This document shows positions 52,643 to 63,167 of a stretch of DNA of 64,000 bases, piece by piece. Made by a program: the position numbers and the translations under genes. This stretch comes from an uncultured cyanobacterium (GTDB taxonomy: Bacteria > Cyanobacteriota > Cyanobacteriia > Cyanobacteriales > Nostocaceae): the NCBI GenBank assembly GCA_963740315.1, contig CAVUDP010000002.1, positions 3,488,001 through 3,552,000 on the forward strand. The letters run 5' to 3'. Position 1 is the first letter of the stretch. Each line of letters opens with the position of its first letter. A model generated the notes under the pieces. The model ran no database searches. It saw only the letters and a program-made list of their open reading frames with translations, and was not told where the DNA came from.

Positions 52643-52845
52643 CAATTTTTGATTGTAGGGTGTGTGACGCTTTTATAAATATTGTACGTAGTTATAAGAC
52701 TTGTTGCGTCACTCACTATTTTTATTTTGTGACAATATAGTAAATTCTAAAACAATTTCTGCAAAAACTTTTAAGTTATATGCATCTTTAGATTGATTAA
52801 TGTTTATAGAAATAATTAGTAAGCTTACACGAAAGTGGTTAAAAC

Positions 52846-54105
52846 ATGAGTCCATACATTCTGCTAATTTTAGCCGCTGGTTTACTTCTATTAACAGTTA
52901 CCCTCGGTTCTGGTTGGATTGCTCGCTTACCTTTTTCTTATGCAATTATTTATTTAGTAGTTGGTATTCTGCTTGGTTCTCAGGTTACGGGATTAATCAA
53001 TCTTGATATAAGTACTAAAGTTGTCGAACGAATAACGGAGATGGTGGTAATAATCTCTGTATTTGGTTGCGGTTTAAAAATGAATCGCAGGTTAAATCTA
53101 TCGGCTTGGAATACTACCGCTCGTTTAATTGGCTTTGTAATGCCTATTTCAATTGTAGCTCTGAGTGCAGTTGCCCATTGGTTGTTAGGAATGTCGTGGG
53201 GTGCGGCAATTTTATTAGGAGCAATTTTGGCACCTACCGATCCGGTATTAGCTTCAGAAGTACAGCTTACTCACATCAAAGACAAAAATGAGTTGCGTTT
53301 TGGTCTTACTTCTGAGGGAGGTTTAAATGATGCTTTGGCTTTTCCTTTTGTTTATTTTGGTATTTATGCCCTTAAAGATAATAACTGGGACAACTGGTTT
53401 AAACAATGGGTTTTGGTGGATGTTTTTTGGGCTATTATCGCTGGAATCGTAGTGGGAATAGTTGTGGCTAAAGCCGTGATTTGGATTGATAGACAATTGC
53501 AACGTCAAGAAAAAGCAGATGAGTTGATGGAAGATTTTGTCGCTTTGAGCGCGATTTTCTTAACTTATTCTTTGACAGAATTGGTCAACGGTTACGGATT
53601 TTTGGCGGTTTTTGTAGCCGGTTGGCTTATGCAAAATAAGTACTATCATGCAAAAGAAAACGAAAAGCGTTTGGATCAATTAGAATTTATCGAACAAATT
53701 GAAAAGCTATTAGAAGTAGGAACTATTGTTTTACTGGGTACAATCTTAACGATAAATCCTGGCTTTAATTATTTAGGTCAAGGATTATTAATAGCCGCTT
53801 TTTTAATATTTATAATTCGACCATTAGGAGCTGCAATTTCTTTACTCGGCTCTAATGTATCACCAATCAACCGTACTTTTATCGGTTGGTTTGGAATTCG
53901 CGGTGTTGGCTCTCTCTATTATTTAAACTATGCCGTAGGTAAAGAAATAGGAAGCTCGATCGCCGAACAAATTACTTGGATAAGTATTATTACTGTTGTT
54001 TTTTCTATTCTGCTACATGGAATCAGTTCTAGTCCTTTAATGATGTGGTACAAAAACGCGGTTCTAATTAAGATTACTAAGATTAGGATTTGCTATCACC
54101 TTTAA
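52846..54105 (+). CDS. CPA1/NhaP-type cation:proton antiporter
   Basis: GAILAPTDPVLA, LTSEGGLNDALAFPF, GFLAVFVAG, IIRPL, IGWFGIRGVGS. Confidence 0.92.
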   Translation: MSPYILLILAAGLLLLTVTLGSGWIARLPFSYAIIYLVVGILLGSQVTGLINLDISTKVVERITEMVVIISVFGCGLKMNRRLNLSAWNTTARLIGFVMPISIVALSAVAHWLLGMSWGAAILLGAILAPTDPVLASEVQLTHIKDKNELRFGLTSEGGLNDALAFPFVYFGIYALKDNNWDNWFKQWVLVDVFWAIIAGIVVGIVVAKAVIWIDRQLQRQEKADELMEDFVALSAIFLTYSLTELVNGYGFLAVFVAGWLMQNKYYHAKENEKRLDQLEFIEQIEKLLEVGTIVLLGTILTINPGFNYLGQGLLIAAFLIFIIRPLGAAISLLGSNVSPINRTFIGWFGIRGVGSLYYLNYAVGKEIGSSIAEQITWISIITVVFSILLHGISSSPLMMWYKNAVLIKITKIRICYHL

Positions 54106-54213
54106 GAAAATTGTCAATTGCGTAAGAAACCCGCAATATTAACTAGAGACGTTATACATACGAGTATTTACAATAAATTATTCAAATTTTCTACTTCCTT
54201 AGTAAGATAAAGC

Positions 54214-55107
54214 GTGTTTAAGTTCCTGACTAAGTTAGATTACCTACTCAAAGAAACTTTTTTAGGTTTGCATCGGGGTGGGTGGATGAATTGGGCTGCT
54301 GTAAGTACTGTTGCAGTGCTGCTGTTTTTGTTCGGTATTAGCTTACAAACTTCTTGGCAAGTTGAAAAACTGCTCTATCAATTTGGCTCTCAATTAGAGG
54401 TATCGGTATATCTCGAACCTTCTGCACGTGCGGAAATGATTGAAACCTTAGTCGTGAAAATGCCAGAAGTCGCCACAATCAAAACTATTACCAAAGAAAA
54501 AGCTTGGGCGCAATTAGTCCAAGAAATGGGAATCTCCGATATTGAAGGTGCGAATCAGCAATTAGATGGAAACCCTTTGGTTGATGAAATCAAGGTAAAG
54601 GCAATAAATTCTCAAGTAGTACCAGATTTAGCGACTCAACTAGCGAAAATACCTGACGTTGATACGGTACAGTACGTTGATGAAGCAGTTAAACGCATCG
54701 CCCAGTTACATCGAAGTTTAAATTGGGTGACGCTGGCAATTACCGCAATTTTGACATTAACAGCAGTTGCCGTCACCAGCATCACGATTCGTTTAGTACT
54801 TATGGCACGACGGCGAGAAATAGAAATTATGCAGTTAGTAGGTGCAACTTCTACTTGGATTTATCTACCGTTTATTTTGCAAGGAATCACTTTTGGAATC
54901 GTAGGTGGTGCAATTGCTTGGAGTTTTATTAGCCTTATTCAACAGTTTTTGAACAAGATGCTAGCCAATCAACCCGAATTTATTCAATTTCTTACCAACG
55001 GTTTGCAGCTTACTTCCTTACAAATCTTATTACTACCAGTTATTCTCTTAAGCTTCGGTGCAACGGTAGGATTGATAGGAAGTTTGTTTGCGTTAAGACG
55101 AGCTTAG
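54214..55107 (+). CDS. ftsX: Cell division permease FtsX
   Basis: GWMNWAAVST, LEVSVYL, GNPLVDEIKV, TIRLVLMARRREIEIMQLVGAT..WIYLPF. Confidence 0.9.
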   Translation: MFKFLTKLDYLLKETFLGLHRGGWMNWAAVSTVAVLLFLFGISLQTSWQVEKLLYQFGSQLEVSVYLEPSARAEMIETLVVKMPEVATIKTITKEKAWAQLVQEMGISDIEGANQQLDGNPLVDEIKVKAINSQVVPDLATQLAKIPDVDTVQYVDEAVKRIAQLHRSLNWVTLAITAILTLTAVAVTSITIRLVLMARRREIEIMQLVGATSTWIYLPFILQGITFGIVGGAIAWSFISLIQQFLNKMLANQPEFIQFLTNGLQLTSLQILLLPVILLSFGATVGLIGSLFALRRA

Positions 55108-55645
55108 AAGAGATGGGGAGATGGTAAGCCCAAAACGTGCGCGGTGAGAGCAGTCGCGTGCGGGGGTTCCCCCCGTTGAGCGAACTGCCGAACCCGAAGG
55201 GGTTCCCCGCGTTGAGAGAAGTGGCGCAACCCGTTACTCTAACGAGTCGTGCCGCGCTGAACACGCGGCGAGCGGGGGAGATGGGGAGACAAGGAGATAG
55301 GGAGATGGGGAGACAAGGAGATGGGGAGACAAGGAGACAAGGAGAAAAATGCATAACTAACTTCTTAAGCATCCCAAATTTTCAAATTCGTAGTGCGAGC
55401 ATCTTGCTCGCTATATGTATCGAGTTTCAAGTTTCAAGTTTCGAGCATCAAGTTTCGAGTTTCGAGCATCAAGTTTCGAGTTTCAAGTTTCGAGTATTGA
55501 GTTTTGAGTTTCGAGTTTCGAGTATTGAGTTTCGAGCGAGCAAGATGCTCGCACTACGATATATGTTTCAAAAATTGGGATGTTCCCTAGTGTCCTAACT
55601 CCTAACTGTTCACTGTTCACTGTTCACTGCTCACTGATAACTGAA
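55108..55645. repeat. Composite repeat region: nested small dispersed repeats, STRRs, and an inverted-repeat element enclosing (ttcgagt)n
   Basis: gcgggggttccccccgttgagcgaactgcc hairpins; ggggagat/ggagacaa STRRs; catcccaaattttcaa-tcgtagtgcgagcatcttgctcgc ... gcgagcaagatgctcgcactacga-aaaattgggatg. Confidence 0.85.
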
Positions 55646-55647
55646 TC

Positions 55648-56445
55648 ATGAATTCACAATGGAATGCTTTATTAAAAAATCTTGGTGAGTGGGAAGGCTC
55701 TTTTACCCGTTTATCTCCCCAAGGTGAATTATTAGAAGATATCAAGAGCGTTGTTTCTTTGGCTGGATTGAATGACAATCAAACGATTCGCCAAACTATC
55801 CGCTTGCAGGAAAATGAAAAAGTTTTGGAATACAGTTCCCTCGGAAAGGGAATATTGTTTTTTGAAAATGGTGCGTTTTCTCAAGGCTCTATTCAGTTAG
55901 CGCCGTTTTCTGAGTTTGGTGCTGAGTTTGGTTTAATTCACGAGAATCATCGTTTACGTCTGGTACAGCTTTTCGATAAAAACTTGAAGTTAGATAAATT
56001 TACTTTAATTCGAGAACATCTTGCTCAAACTCAACCCTCGCAACGCCCTGTCTTGACGGTTGATGCTTTGTTGGGTGAATGGATTGGTGAAGCTGTAACT
56101 ATCTATCCCGATTTACAAAAACCCGATAGTTATCCTATTAAGATGAATTTACAACTCGACCATTCAGGAAAATTAATTCAAAGTTTAAGTTTTGCTAATC
56201 GTACTATTAGTTCTACTGCTACTGTTAATGATTCTCAACTCTTCTTTGAACAAACTCAGGTACAGGTTTTGCTGCTTCCCGATGGCGCTTCTGTTACTTC
56301 TCCTCTTCAAGCGCAGTTGCGTCAACCTTTGTTTTTAGAAGTCGGTTGGTTAATTAACCCGAATCTTCGTCAAAGAATGTTTCGCAGCTATAACGAGAAG
56401 GGGGAATGGACTAGTTTAACTTTGGTTACGGAAAGAAAAAAATAA
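55648..56445 (+). CDS. DUF3598 family protein
   Basis: QWNALLKNLGEWEGSFT, FENGAFSQG, RLRLVQLF, LLPDGAS, FLEVGWL, RQRMFRSY..GEW.SLTLV.E. Confidence 0.85.
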   Translation: MNSQWNALLKNLGEWEGSFTRLSPQGELLEDIKSVVSLAGLNDNQTIRQTIRLQENEKVLEYSSLGKGILFFENGAFSQGSIQLAPFSEFGAEFGLIHENHRLRLVQLFDKNLKLDKFTLIREHLAQTQPSQRPVLTVDALLGEWIGEAVTIYPDLQKPDSYPIKMNLQLDHSGKLIQSLSFANRTISSTATVNDSQLFFEQTQVQVLLLPDGASVTSPLQAQLRQPLFLEVGWLINPNLRQRMFRSYNEKGEWTSLTLVTERKK

Positions 56446-57366
56446 TTATCAAATTAAATTCAAAAATCAATTTACAGTTTTTTGGGTTTTATTTGTTTGA
56501 AAAAAATATTTTTTTTAAAGGTGGTTCAAAAAGTGCGCGGTTTTTGGTACTATTAAATAATGGGAGTGGTTACAAAATTTTTAAAAAAGTCAATATTCCC
56601 ATTATTTAAAATTATATTATTATCGTACCATTTAACAGTGCAATATAGTTAAATTTTTTTTTTTTGAAGTTACTTTTATTAATAAAACGATAATAATTTT
56701 AGAGAGGGGCAATACTGCGAACGTCTCTATATTAAAGTTAATTAACCCGAATCTTCGTCAAAGAATGTTTCGCAGCTATCACGATAAGGGGGAATGGACT
56801 AGTACCGCACTGCATAAATAAAGTTCTCGATCTTCAGAAGTCGGGTTTTTACAAAATTGTAAGTGTATTACAGACACGTATTCTAAAAACCCGACTTCTT
56901 ATTCTTACATTAATCTTCAAAAGTCGAGTTTTTACAAAATTGTAAGTGTATTACAGACACGTATTCTAAAAACCCGACTTCTTAATAATAATCCGTCAAA
57001 CTCCTAAACCTATTTACTATATGGGTACCTTACTTACGCCAACTTGTACTAATTTGACTTTAGTTACGGAAATAAAAAAATAATTATCAAATTAACTTTA
57101 AAAATCAATTTACAGTTTTCTGGTTTTATTTGTTTGAAAAAAATATTTTTTTTAAAGGTGGTTCAAAAAGTGCGCGGTTTTTGGTACTATTAGATAATGG
57201 GAGTGGTTACAAAATTTTTAAAAAAGTCAATATTCCCATTATTTAAAATTATATTATTATCGTACCATTTAACGGTGCAATATAGTTAAATTTATTTTTT
57301 TTGAAGTTACTTTTATTAATAAAACGATAATAATTTTAGAGAGACGCAATACTGCGAACGTCTCTA
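56349..57366. repeat. Tandem duplication of about 380 bp (56349-56729 and 56737-57366)
   Basis: Both copies run gttaattaacccgaatcttcgtcaaagaatg...ggtggttcaaaaagtgcgcgg...gcaatactgcgaacgtctcta. Confidence 0.93.
56802..57049. mobile_element. 248 bp MITE inserted at a TA site
   Basis: Ends gtaccgc... and ...acttacgccaacttgtac; absent from the first duplicate copy; contains two ~70 bp hairpin units (56831-56901, 56914-56984). Confidence 0.8.
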
Positions 57367-57939
57367 CATGAAAGAACAGTTGGATTGCAAAGCTTTTTCT
57401 AATAGAATTTGATATTCCTCATCATCAATAGAGTAAGCGCCAAACCTTTCTAAATGAGGATTCATCATCTGAGCATCAAAAAAGACAAATTGCCTGGAAC
57501 GCAATCTTTCCACTAATTTAACCATCGCCACCTTAGAGCCTTCAGGGATGCGAAAAAACATTGATTCGCCAATAAAAGCGCCACCAATAACGATACCTAA
57601 AATTCCTCCTGCAAGTTCGTCACCTTGCCAAGTTTCAAAACTATGCGCCCAACCGCTTTGATTGAGAGAATAGTAAATATCTTTTAATTCAGAGGAAATC
57701 CAGGTAGAGTCTCTGTCTGCACATCCCTCAACCACTGCTTTGAAATCGCGATCGATTGCAGTTGAAAACCGCTCTTGATTAATAACTCGCCTTAAAGACT
57801 TGGGAAAACGGAAATTGTCATCTAAAGGTATTAAAGTGCGATCGCGACTGCCATACCATCCCAAGTGATTATTTTCATCAGCCATGAGAAAATAGCCTTG
57901 GGCGTAACCTTGGATGATAGCGGCAACATCATATTGCAT
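57364..57939 (-). CDS. aat: Leucyl/phenylalanyl-tRNA--protein transferase
   Basis: [55 protein letters not shown]. Confidence 0.95.
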   Translation of the reverse strand: MQYDVAAIIQGYAQGYFLMADENNHLGWYGSRDRTLIPLDDNFRFPKSLRRVINQERFSTAIDRDFKAVVEGCADRDSTWISSELKDIYYSLNQSGWAHSFETWQGDELAGGILGIVIGGAFIGESMFFRIPEGSKVAMVKLVERLRSRQFVFFDAQMMNPHLERFGAYSIDDEEYQILLEKALQSNCSFM

Positions 57940-58021
57940 AAATCAGTTATCAGTTATCAGTTATCATTGCCTATTCCTACTGCCTGTCTTGCGATCGATA
58001 CAATTAAAATAAATAAATAAA

Positions 58022-58351
58022 ATGACTCAATCAATACCACCGATAACTTTACCACCTGCGGAAAATCCTCAACAAGAGGGAGAATGGTTGCTTTCTCGGT
58101 TGCGTTGCTTTTTAGATGAAGAATTTATTCCAGAAACTATTAATCAGACTATAGCTGAACGTGCGGCGCAAATTTTTGTCCGACAGCGTATGGAAGGGGA
58201 AAATGATTTAGGAGAATTGGTATTAGCTATTGTCACAGAAATGCAAGCCTTTGACTTTTCTAAAAGCTTCTATGGAGAGTTTGCCATTGCTAACGCAGTC
58301 AGCGACTTACTTTTGGAAAGCTTGGGAATTGATAAATGTTGCGGACAATGA
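58022..58351 (+). CDS. Conserved cyanobacterial hypothetical protein
   Basis: Clean 109 aa ORF, FLDEEFIPE...IAERAAQIFVRQRMEGENDL...F..FAIANAVSDLL. Confidence 0.75.
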   Translation: MTQSIPPITLPPAENPQQEGEWLLSRLRCFLDEEFIPETINQTIAERAAQIFVRQRMEGENDLGELVLAIVTEMQAFDFSKSFYGEFAIANAVSDLLLESLGIDKCCGQ

Positions 58352-58540
58352 ATTTTAGATTTTAGATTTTAGATTTTGGATTGATTTTGATGAATTACGC
58401 TTAAAGCGCTTAATGTAAAGGTAATAATCTTTTGCTCTTTTTACAAGCTATTACCTCTACAAAATATTAACTTGCTGTAAAAATTATTTTACCGAAGTCC
58501 CAGCAAATCTAGAATCCAAAATCCAAAATCCAAAATCGTT

Positions 58541-58843
58541 TTACCAACTAGACTTAACAACCCCAGGTAATAGCCCTTTGTGCGCCCAATCCCGGAGAAC
58601 GTTGCGACATAGCCCGAAGTCACGGTAAACAGCGCGAGGACGACCTGTTACCCAGCAGCGGTTGCGACGGCGATTTGGGGCGCTATTGCGGGGTAGCTGC
58701 TGAATTTTGCGGTGGACTTCCAGCTTTTCTAAGGGATCTTGTGTTTGTCTAAACTCTTCCAACAAATCTTGACGCTTATCCCAATACTTATCTACCATCT
58801 TGGCGCGTTTTTTATCGCGCTCTATCATCGATCTTTTAGCCAT
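58541..58843 (-). CDS. rpsN: 30S ribosomal protein S14
   Basis: MAKRSMIER...[29 protein letters not shown]...LPGVVKSSW. Confidence 0.98.
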   Translation of the reverse strand: MAKRSMIERDKKRAKMVDKYWDKRQDLLEEFRQTQDPLEKLEVHRKIQQLPRNSAPNRRRNRCWVTGRPRAVYRDFGLCRNVLRDWAHKGLLPGVVKSSW

Positions 58844-58876
58844 AATCCTAATTATTTTTAAACAGCATTTTTCATT

Positions 58877-59581
58877 CTAGCGAATCGCACTACTTATGGC
58901 ATCAATATTTGCATTTTGAAGAGAAACAGAGGGCGCGGTAGGACATAGATCGGCTAACTCGCATCGTTCGCAAGCAGGATTACGGGCACGACAAACAGCA
59001 CGACCGTGATAAATCAGCCGAATTGACCAATTTTCCCAATCTGCTTGCGGTAATAATTTCATTAAATCCCTTTCAATACGAACTGCATCTTCATGCTTTG
59101 TTAAACCCAATCGTTGACTCAGACGGTTGACATGAGTATCAACAGTTACCCCAGCATTAATGCCAAAAGCATGAGCCATCACGACATTTGCAGTTTTTCG
59201 CGCTACCCCAGGAAGCCGCAATAGTTCTTCCATTGTTTGAGGAACTTTACCGCCAAACTCTGTAACTATCATCTGAGTAGCAGCTTTAATGTTCTTAGCT
59301 TTATTCCGGTAAAAACCTGTGGAATGCACCAAAGTTTCAAGTTCTTCAATGGCTGCACTCGCTAAACCAGCCGCATCAGGAAATTGCCCGAATAATAATG
59401 GTGTTACTTTATTAACTCGTTCGTCAGTACATTGAGCGGAAAGAATCGTCGCCACAAGTAACTGTACTGGCGTTGAATAAGTTAAAGAACAAGTTGCATC
59501 TGGATACAAACGCTTGAGGCGCACTAAAATTGAATGCGCCCGCTGCTTTTTACTAGAAGATTTTTTGCCTTTTGTACTCAC
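58877..59581 (-). CDS. nth: Endonuclease III
   Basis: LLVATILSAQCTDERVN, LPGVARKTANVV, VDTHV, C-X6-C-X2-C-X5-C; GTG start overlaps the rseP stop (GTGA). Confidence 0.95.
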   Translation of the reverse strand: MSTKGKKSSSKKQRAHSILVRLKRLYPDATCSLTYSTPVQLLVATILSAQCTDERVNKVTPLLFGQFPDAAGLASAAIEELETLVHSTGFYRNKAKNIKAATQMIVTEFGGKVPQTMEELLRLPGVARKTANVVMAHAFGINAGVTVDTHVNRLSQRLGLTKHEDAVRIERDLMKLLPQADWENWSIRLIYHGRAVCRARNPACERCELADLCPTAPSVSLQNANIDAISSAIR

Positions 59582-60663
59582 CCCAATAATTTCTGCACCC
59601 ATTCCAACTGCAAAGTTTCTTTAAATATTAGCAGAATTCCTATTCCTAAAAGTAGCACTAAACCTGTTTGCATTACACCTTCTTGAATGCGATTAGGTAA
59701 CGGCTTACCGCGCACGCCTTCAATTAACAAAAAAGCAAGTTGTCCGCCATCTAAAGCTGGCAAAGGCAAAATGTTAATGAAAGCTAAATTGATGCTAATT
59801 AATGCAGCAAAAAAGAACAAACTGCCCGTATCGTTTTGGGCAATACTCGCACCAATTTTGACAATTCTAACAGGACCTGCGACTTGACCTGCTGTTTCAC
59901 CAAAGTTTGTAATTAATTGTCCAAAACCTTGAACTGTCTGGACAATAATATTTTGAAACTGAGTCGCGCCAACGCCAAAGGCTTCTAAAATATTTTCGGT
60001 AGGACGACGTTCGACTTTACCGTTAGGAGATAAACCAACACCGATACTTCCGCCCCCAGATTTAGCTTCAGGAACTACTGTCAAATTAAGTATTTGGTCG
60101 TCTCTCTTAATTTTTAACTCAATTGGTTTTCCTGGATGAGTTTTGATAATATTGCTTAATTTCCGCGTATTTTCCACCGATGTATCAAATGGAGTACCAT
60201 CTGCGGCAACAATAACATCTCCAGCCTTGATTCCGGCGGATGTAGCCACCTGACTAACTTTTGGAGCAAGTTCTGGAATCAAAACACCCGGTTGAGTTGC
60301 GGTTGGTATTCCCACAAAACCAACTTGGGACACCAACAGAAAATAAGCAAAAATTAAATTCGCAATTACCCCAGCACTAATTACAATCGCCCGATCTAAA
60401 ACCGGACGGTTACGCAGTAAATTCGGATCGTCAGGCTCAATTTTACTATCCGGGTCATCATCGGGAAAACCGACAAAACCACCCAATGGAAATGCACGCA
60501 CGGCATACTCAGTTTCAGATCCTTGATACTTCAAAAGTACCGGACCAAAACCCAGCGAAAAGCGGTTAACATGAATACCTTGGGACCTTGCTGCAATGAA
60601 ATGTCCTAGTTCGTGTACAAAGATTAGTACAGCCAACACTGCGATCGCCGCTAAAACTGACAT
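59578..60663 (-). CDS. rseP: RIP metalloprotease RseP
   Basis: HELGH, FSLGFGP, PLGGFV, PDZ region, NILPLPALDGG. Confidence 0.95.
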   Translation of the reverse strand: MSVLAAIAVLAVLIFVHELGHFIAARSQGIHVNRFSLGFGPVLLKYQGSETEYAVRAFPLGGFVGFPDDDPDSKIEPDDPNLLRNRPVLDRAIVISAGVIANLIFAYFLLVSQVGFVGIPTATQPGVLIPELAPKVSQVATSAGIKAGDVIVAADGTPFDTSVENTRKLSNIIKTHPGKPIELKIKRDDQILNLTVVPEAKSGGGSIGVGLSPNGKVERRPTENILEAFGVGATQFQNIIVQTVQGFGQLITNFGETAGQVAGPVRIVKIGASIAQNDTGSLFFFAALISINLAFINILPLPALDGGQLAFLLIEGVRGKPLPNRIQEGVMQTGLVLLLGIGILLIFKETLQLEWVQKLLG

Positions 60664-60704
60664 AGAAAATTGGTAAATTTAATTAAACTATACATTTCTT
60701 TATT

Positions 60705-60930
60705 TTAGATTGAGCATTGGGAATTGAGCATTGGGCATTGGTAATTGGGCATGGGGCATTGGGATTGTGAATAGTTTTTAGATTTTGGATACTTCGGCAA
60801 GTCTTACAGTGAGCTACGTCGAACTGCTCAGCACAAGTTTTAGATTTTGGATTGTCCCCTTGTCCCCTTGTCCCCTTGTCCCCTTGTCCCCTTGTCCCCT
60901 TGTCCCTTTGTCCCTTTGTCCCCTTCCCTG
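60705..60930. repeat. STRR clusters (ttgggca, attttgg, ttgtcccc) with a small dispersed repeat
   Basis: Direct reading; about 9 ttgtcccc/ttgtccct units at 60853-60925. Confidence 0.88.
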
Positions 60931-60961
60931 TCTCTCCCTCTCTCCCCATGCCGTTCATTAC

Positions 60962-62251
60962 CTAGACTTCCAAAATCTCCTTACCATCTAAATAAGGTTG
61001 TAGCACCATAGGTACGTGTAAAGTACCATCGGGTTGTTGATAATTTTCTAAAATCGCTGCCATTGTCCGCCCTACTGCTAATCCAGAACCATTGAGGGTA
61101 TGCACAAAAGAGGTTCCTTTTTTACCAGTTTCTTTAAAGCGAATGTTACCCCTCCTCGCTTGAAAATCTCCACAGTTAGAACAACTAGAAATTTCGCGAT
61201 ACTTACCACTTGAGGGAAGCCAAACTTCTATATCATAAGTTTTTGTTGCCGAAAATCCTAAATCTCCGGTACATAACTCGACGATTCGGTAAGGCAACTG
61301 TAAAGCTTGTAAAATTGCTTGAGCGTCCCCCAGTAATTTTTCTAATTCGTCAAAAGAGGTTTCGGGATTAACTAATTTGACTAATTCAACTTTATTAAAT
61401 TGATGCAGACGAATTAACCCCCGCATATCGCGTCCGTAGCTTCCTGCTTCGCGGCGAAAACAAGGAGTGTAAGCACAGTGATATATCGGTAATTCTTCCG
61501 CACTGAGAATTTCACCACGGTAAAGATTAGTCAACGGAACTTCTGCTGTAGGGGAAAGCCATAAATCATCTTCGGCGCATTTAAAACCGTCTTCAGCAAA
61601 TTTAGGTAATTGTCCGGTAGCAGTCATTGATTCACTATTAACTAAAAATGGCGGCACAACTTCCACATAACCAGCTTTTACCTGAGTATTGAGCATAAAC
61701 CCAATTAAAGCTCTTTCCAATGCCGCACCAGCCCCAATCAAGGCAACAAAACGACTCTGAGCGACTTTTACTGCTCGTTCAAAGTTGAGAATACCTAACT
61801 TCTCACCCATTTCCCAATGGGGAAGAATATTTGAGTTTTGAGGTAGATACTCATCACCCCAACGCCGCACTTCTACATTATCTTCCTCACTCTTACCAAT
61901 GGGCGTAGAGTCGCTTGGTAAATTGGGAAGTGCAAGTACTCGTTGTTCGATTTCGGCTTTGATCTCTTTCTCAATCGGTTCAAATTCGCTTAATTTGGCT
62001 TTGAGAGAATTTCCTTCCTCTCGTAAATCTTTGATTTCTACATCACTAGGATTGATACCTGACTGAATTTTCTGTCCTACCAACTTCCCAATTTCGTTAC
62101 TACGGGCTTGAAGTTGACTTCGCTTCGTCTCTAATTCGCGTTGTCGTTGATTCAAGTCAACAATCGGCTGAATATCGGATTTATCCCCACGAGTTTTCAG
62201 CTTTTCTAAAATTAATTGCGGATTTTCTCTAATTTGCTTGATATCTAGCAC
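60962..62251 (-). CDS. serS: Serine--tRNA ligase
   Basis: [69 protein letters not shown]. Confidence 0.98.
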   Translation of the reverse strand: MLDIKQIRENPQLILEKLKTRGDKSDIQPIVDLNQRQRELETKRSQLQARSNEIGKLVGQKIQSGINPSDVEIKDLREEGNSLKAKLSEFEPIEKEIKAEIEQRVLALPNLPSDSTPIGKSEEDNVEVRRWGDEYLPQNSNILPHWEMGEKLGILNFERAVKVAQSRFVALIGAGAALERALIGFMLNTQVKAGYVEVVPPFLVNSESMTATGQLPKFAEDGFKCAEDDLWLSPTAEVPLTNLYRGEILSAEELPIYHCAYTPCFRREAGSYGRDMRGLIRLHQFNKVELVKLVNPETSFDELEKLLGDAQAILQALQLPYRIVELCTGDLGFSATKTYDIEVWLPSSGKYREISSCSNCGDFQARRGNIRFKETGKKGTSFVHTLNGSGLAVGRTMAAILENYQQPDGTLHVPMVLQPYLDGKEILEV

Positions 62252-62593
62252 AGATTCTCAGTTTAAGATTTAATATATTTGAGGCAATACACAAAGTTAT
62301 TGTAATGTTGCCTTGACTTCAGAGCAAAAAAATTTAAATCGGCGCTACATAAAAATTAACCCTAGCATTGAGAACAGGCTTGCTCCCGCTTCAAAAAAAG
62401 CCTTTACCAATATCTTGCAATTGTTCGGATGTTCGATTTTTCAATACATAGATCGTTTTTTAAAAAGCTTTATCAAAAAAAGAGATCAGAAAATTCCGGA
62501 TCGAGACAGCGAGGAAAAGTAAAAGTGAGCAAGAATCCTTCCTCCAAACTTCAAAATCCTCTTTTTAGCTTCCAAATCGTATCGCCTTCACAC

Positions 62594-63167
62594 TCACCGG
62601 GTGATACGATTTAACAACCAAATTGATGCTACAAGCCCTACAAAGTGGGCTGTAATTGTATTCGTATTTGCTTGAACTACAAACATATCTTGACCGCTAA
62701 TGATTCGATTGGGGTCGAATAGCTGGGTAGTCACAGCTTGAGGCGATACTGCCCTGACTACTAAAGAGCCTACAATTGCTTGCGCTCCTAATAGCGTCAA
62801 CAGCATTCCCACTAAATTGACTATCAAAGCTAGCTGTAAAGTTTTAACCGTCTCGATTTTGCGAGGACGGTTACTTGAGTTGGGAGATTGCAGTTGTCTG
62901 CCAATATTTTTGCAGCGAAATGCTAAATAAATGCTTATTCCTAAAGCGACCAGTCCGCAGATGGCTAAAAATACACCAAAGCCAGTTTCAGCGCTGCTAG
63001 AAGCAGTTCCTGGTCGGCGACCAAAGGTTACGAATACCAATAGCAGTAATGTGGAGACAACACCCAGCACCAGCTGCAATACAAAACTAATCCAACCTGT
63101 AATACGAAAATTTTGCCCGATAGAACGGACTTTGGAAGAAGACGGATTGTCGAGTCTGTTCTGACAT
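62594..63167 (-). CDS. DUF3611 family membrane protein (ATG at 63167 is 1 nt out of frame)
   Basis: FRITGWISFVLQLVLGVVS...NLVGMLLTLLGAQA.VG.L...DMFVVQANTNTITAHF. Confidence 0.75.

Noticed and set aside
55040..55598. ORFs 55040-55372 (-) and 55137-55598 (+)
   Set aside because: Translations of STRR/SDR repeats (SPCLPI, FEHQVSS) with no protein signal
60683..60991. ORFs 60683-60958 (-) and 60785-60991 (+)
   Set aside because: Made of ttgtcccc and ttgggca tandem repeats
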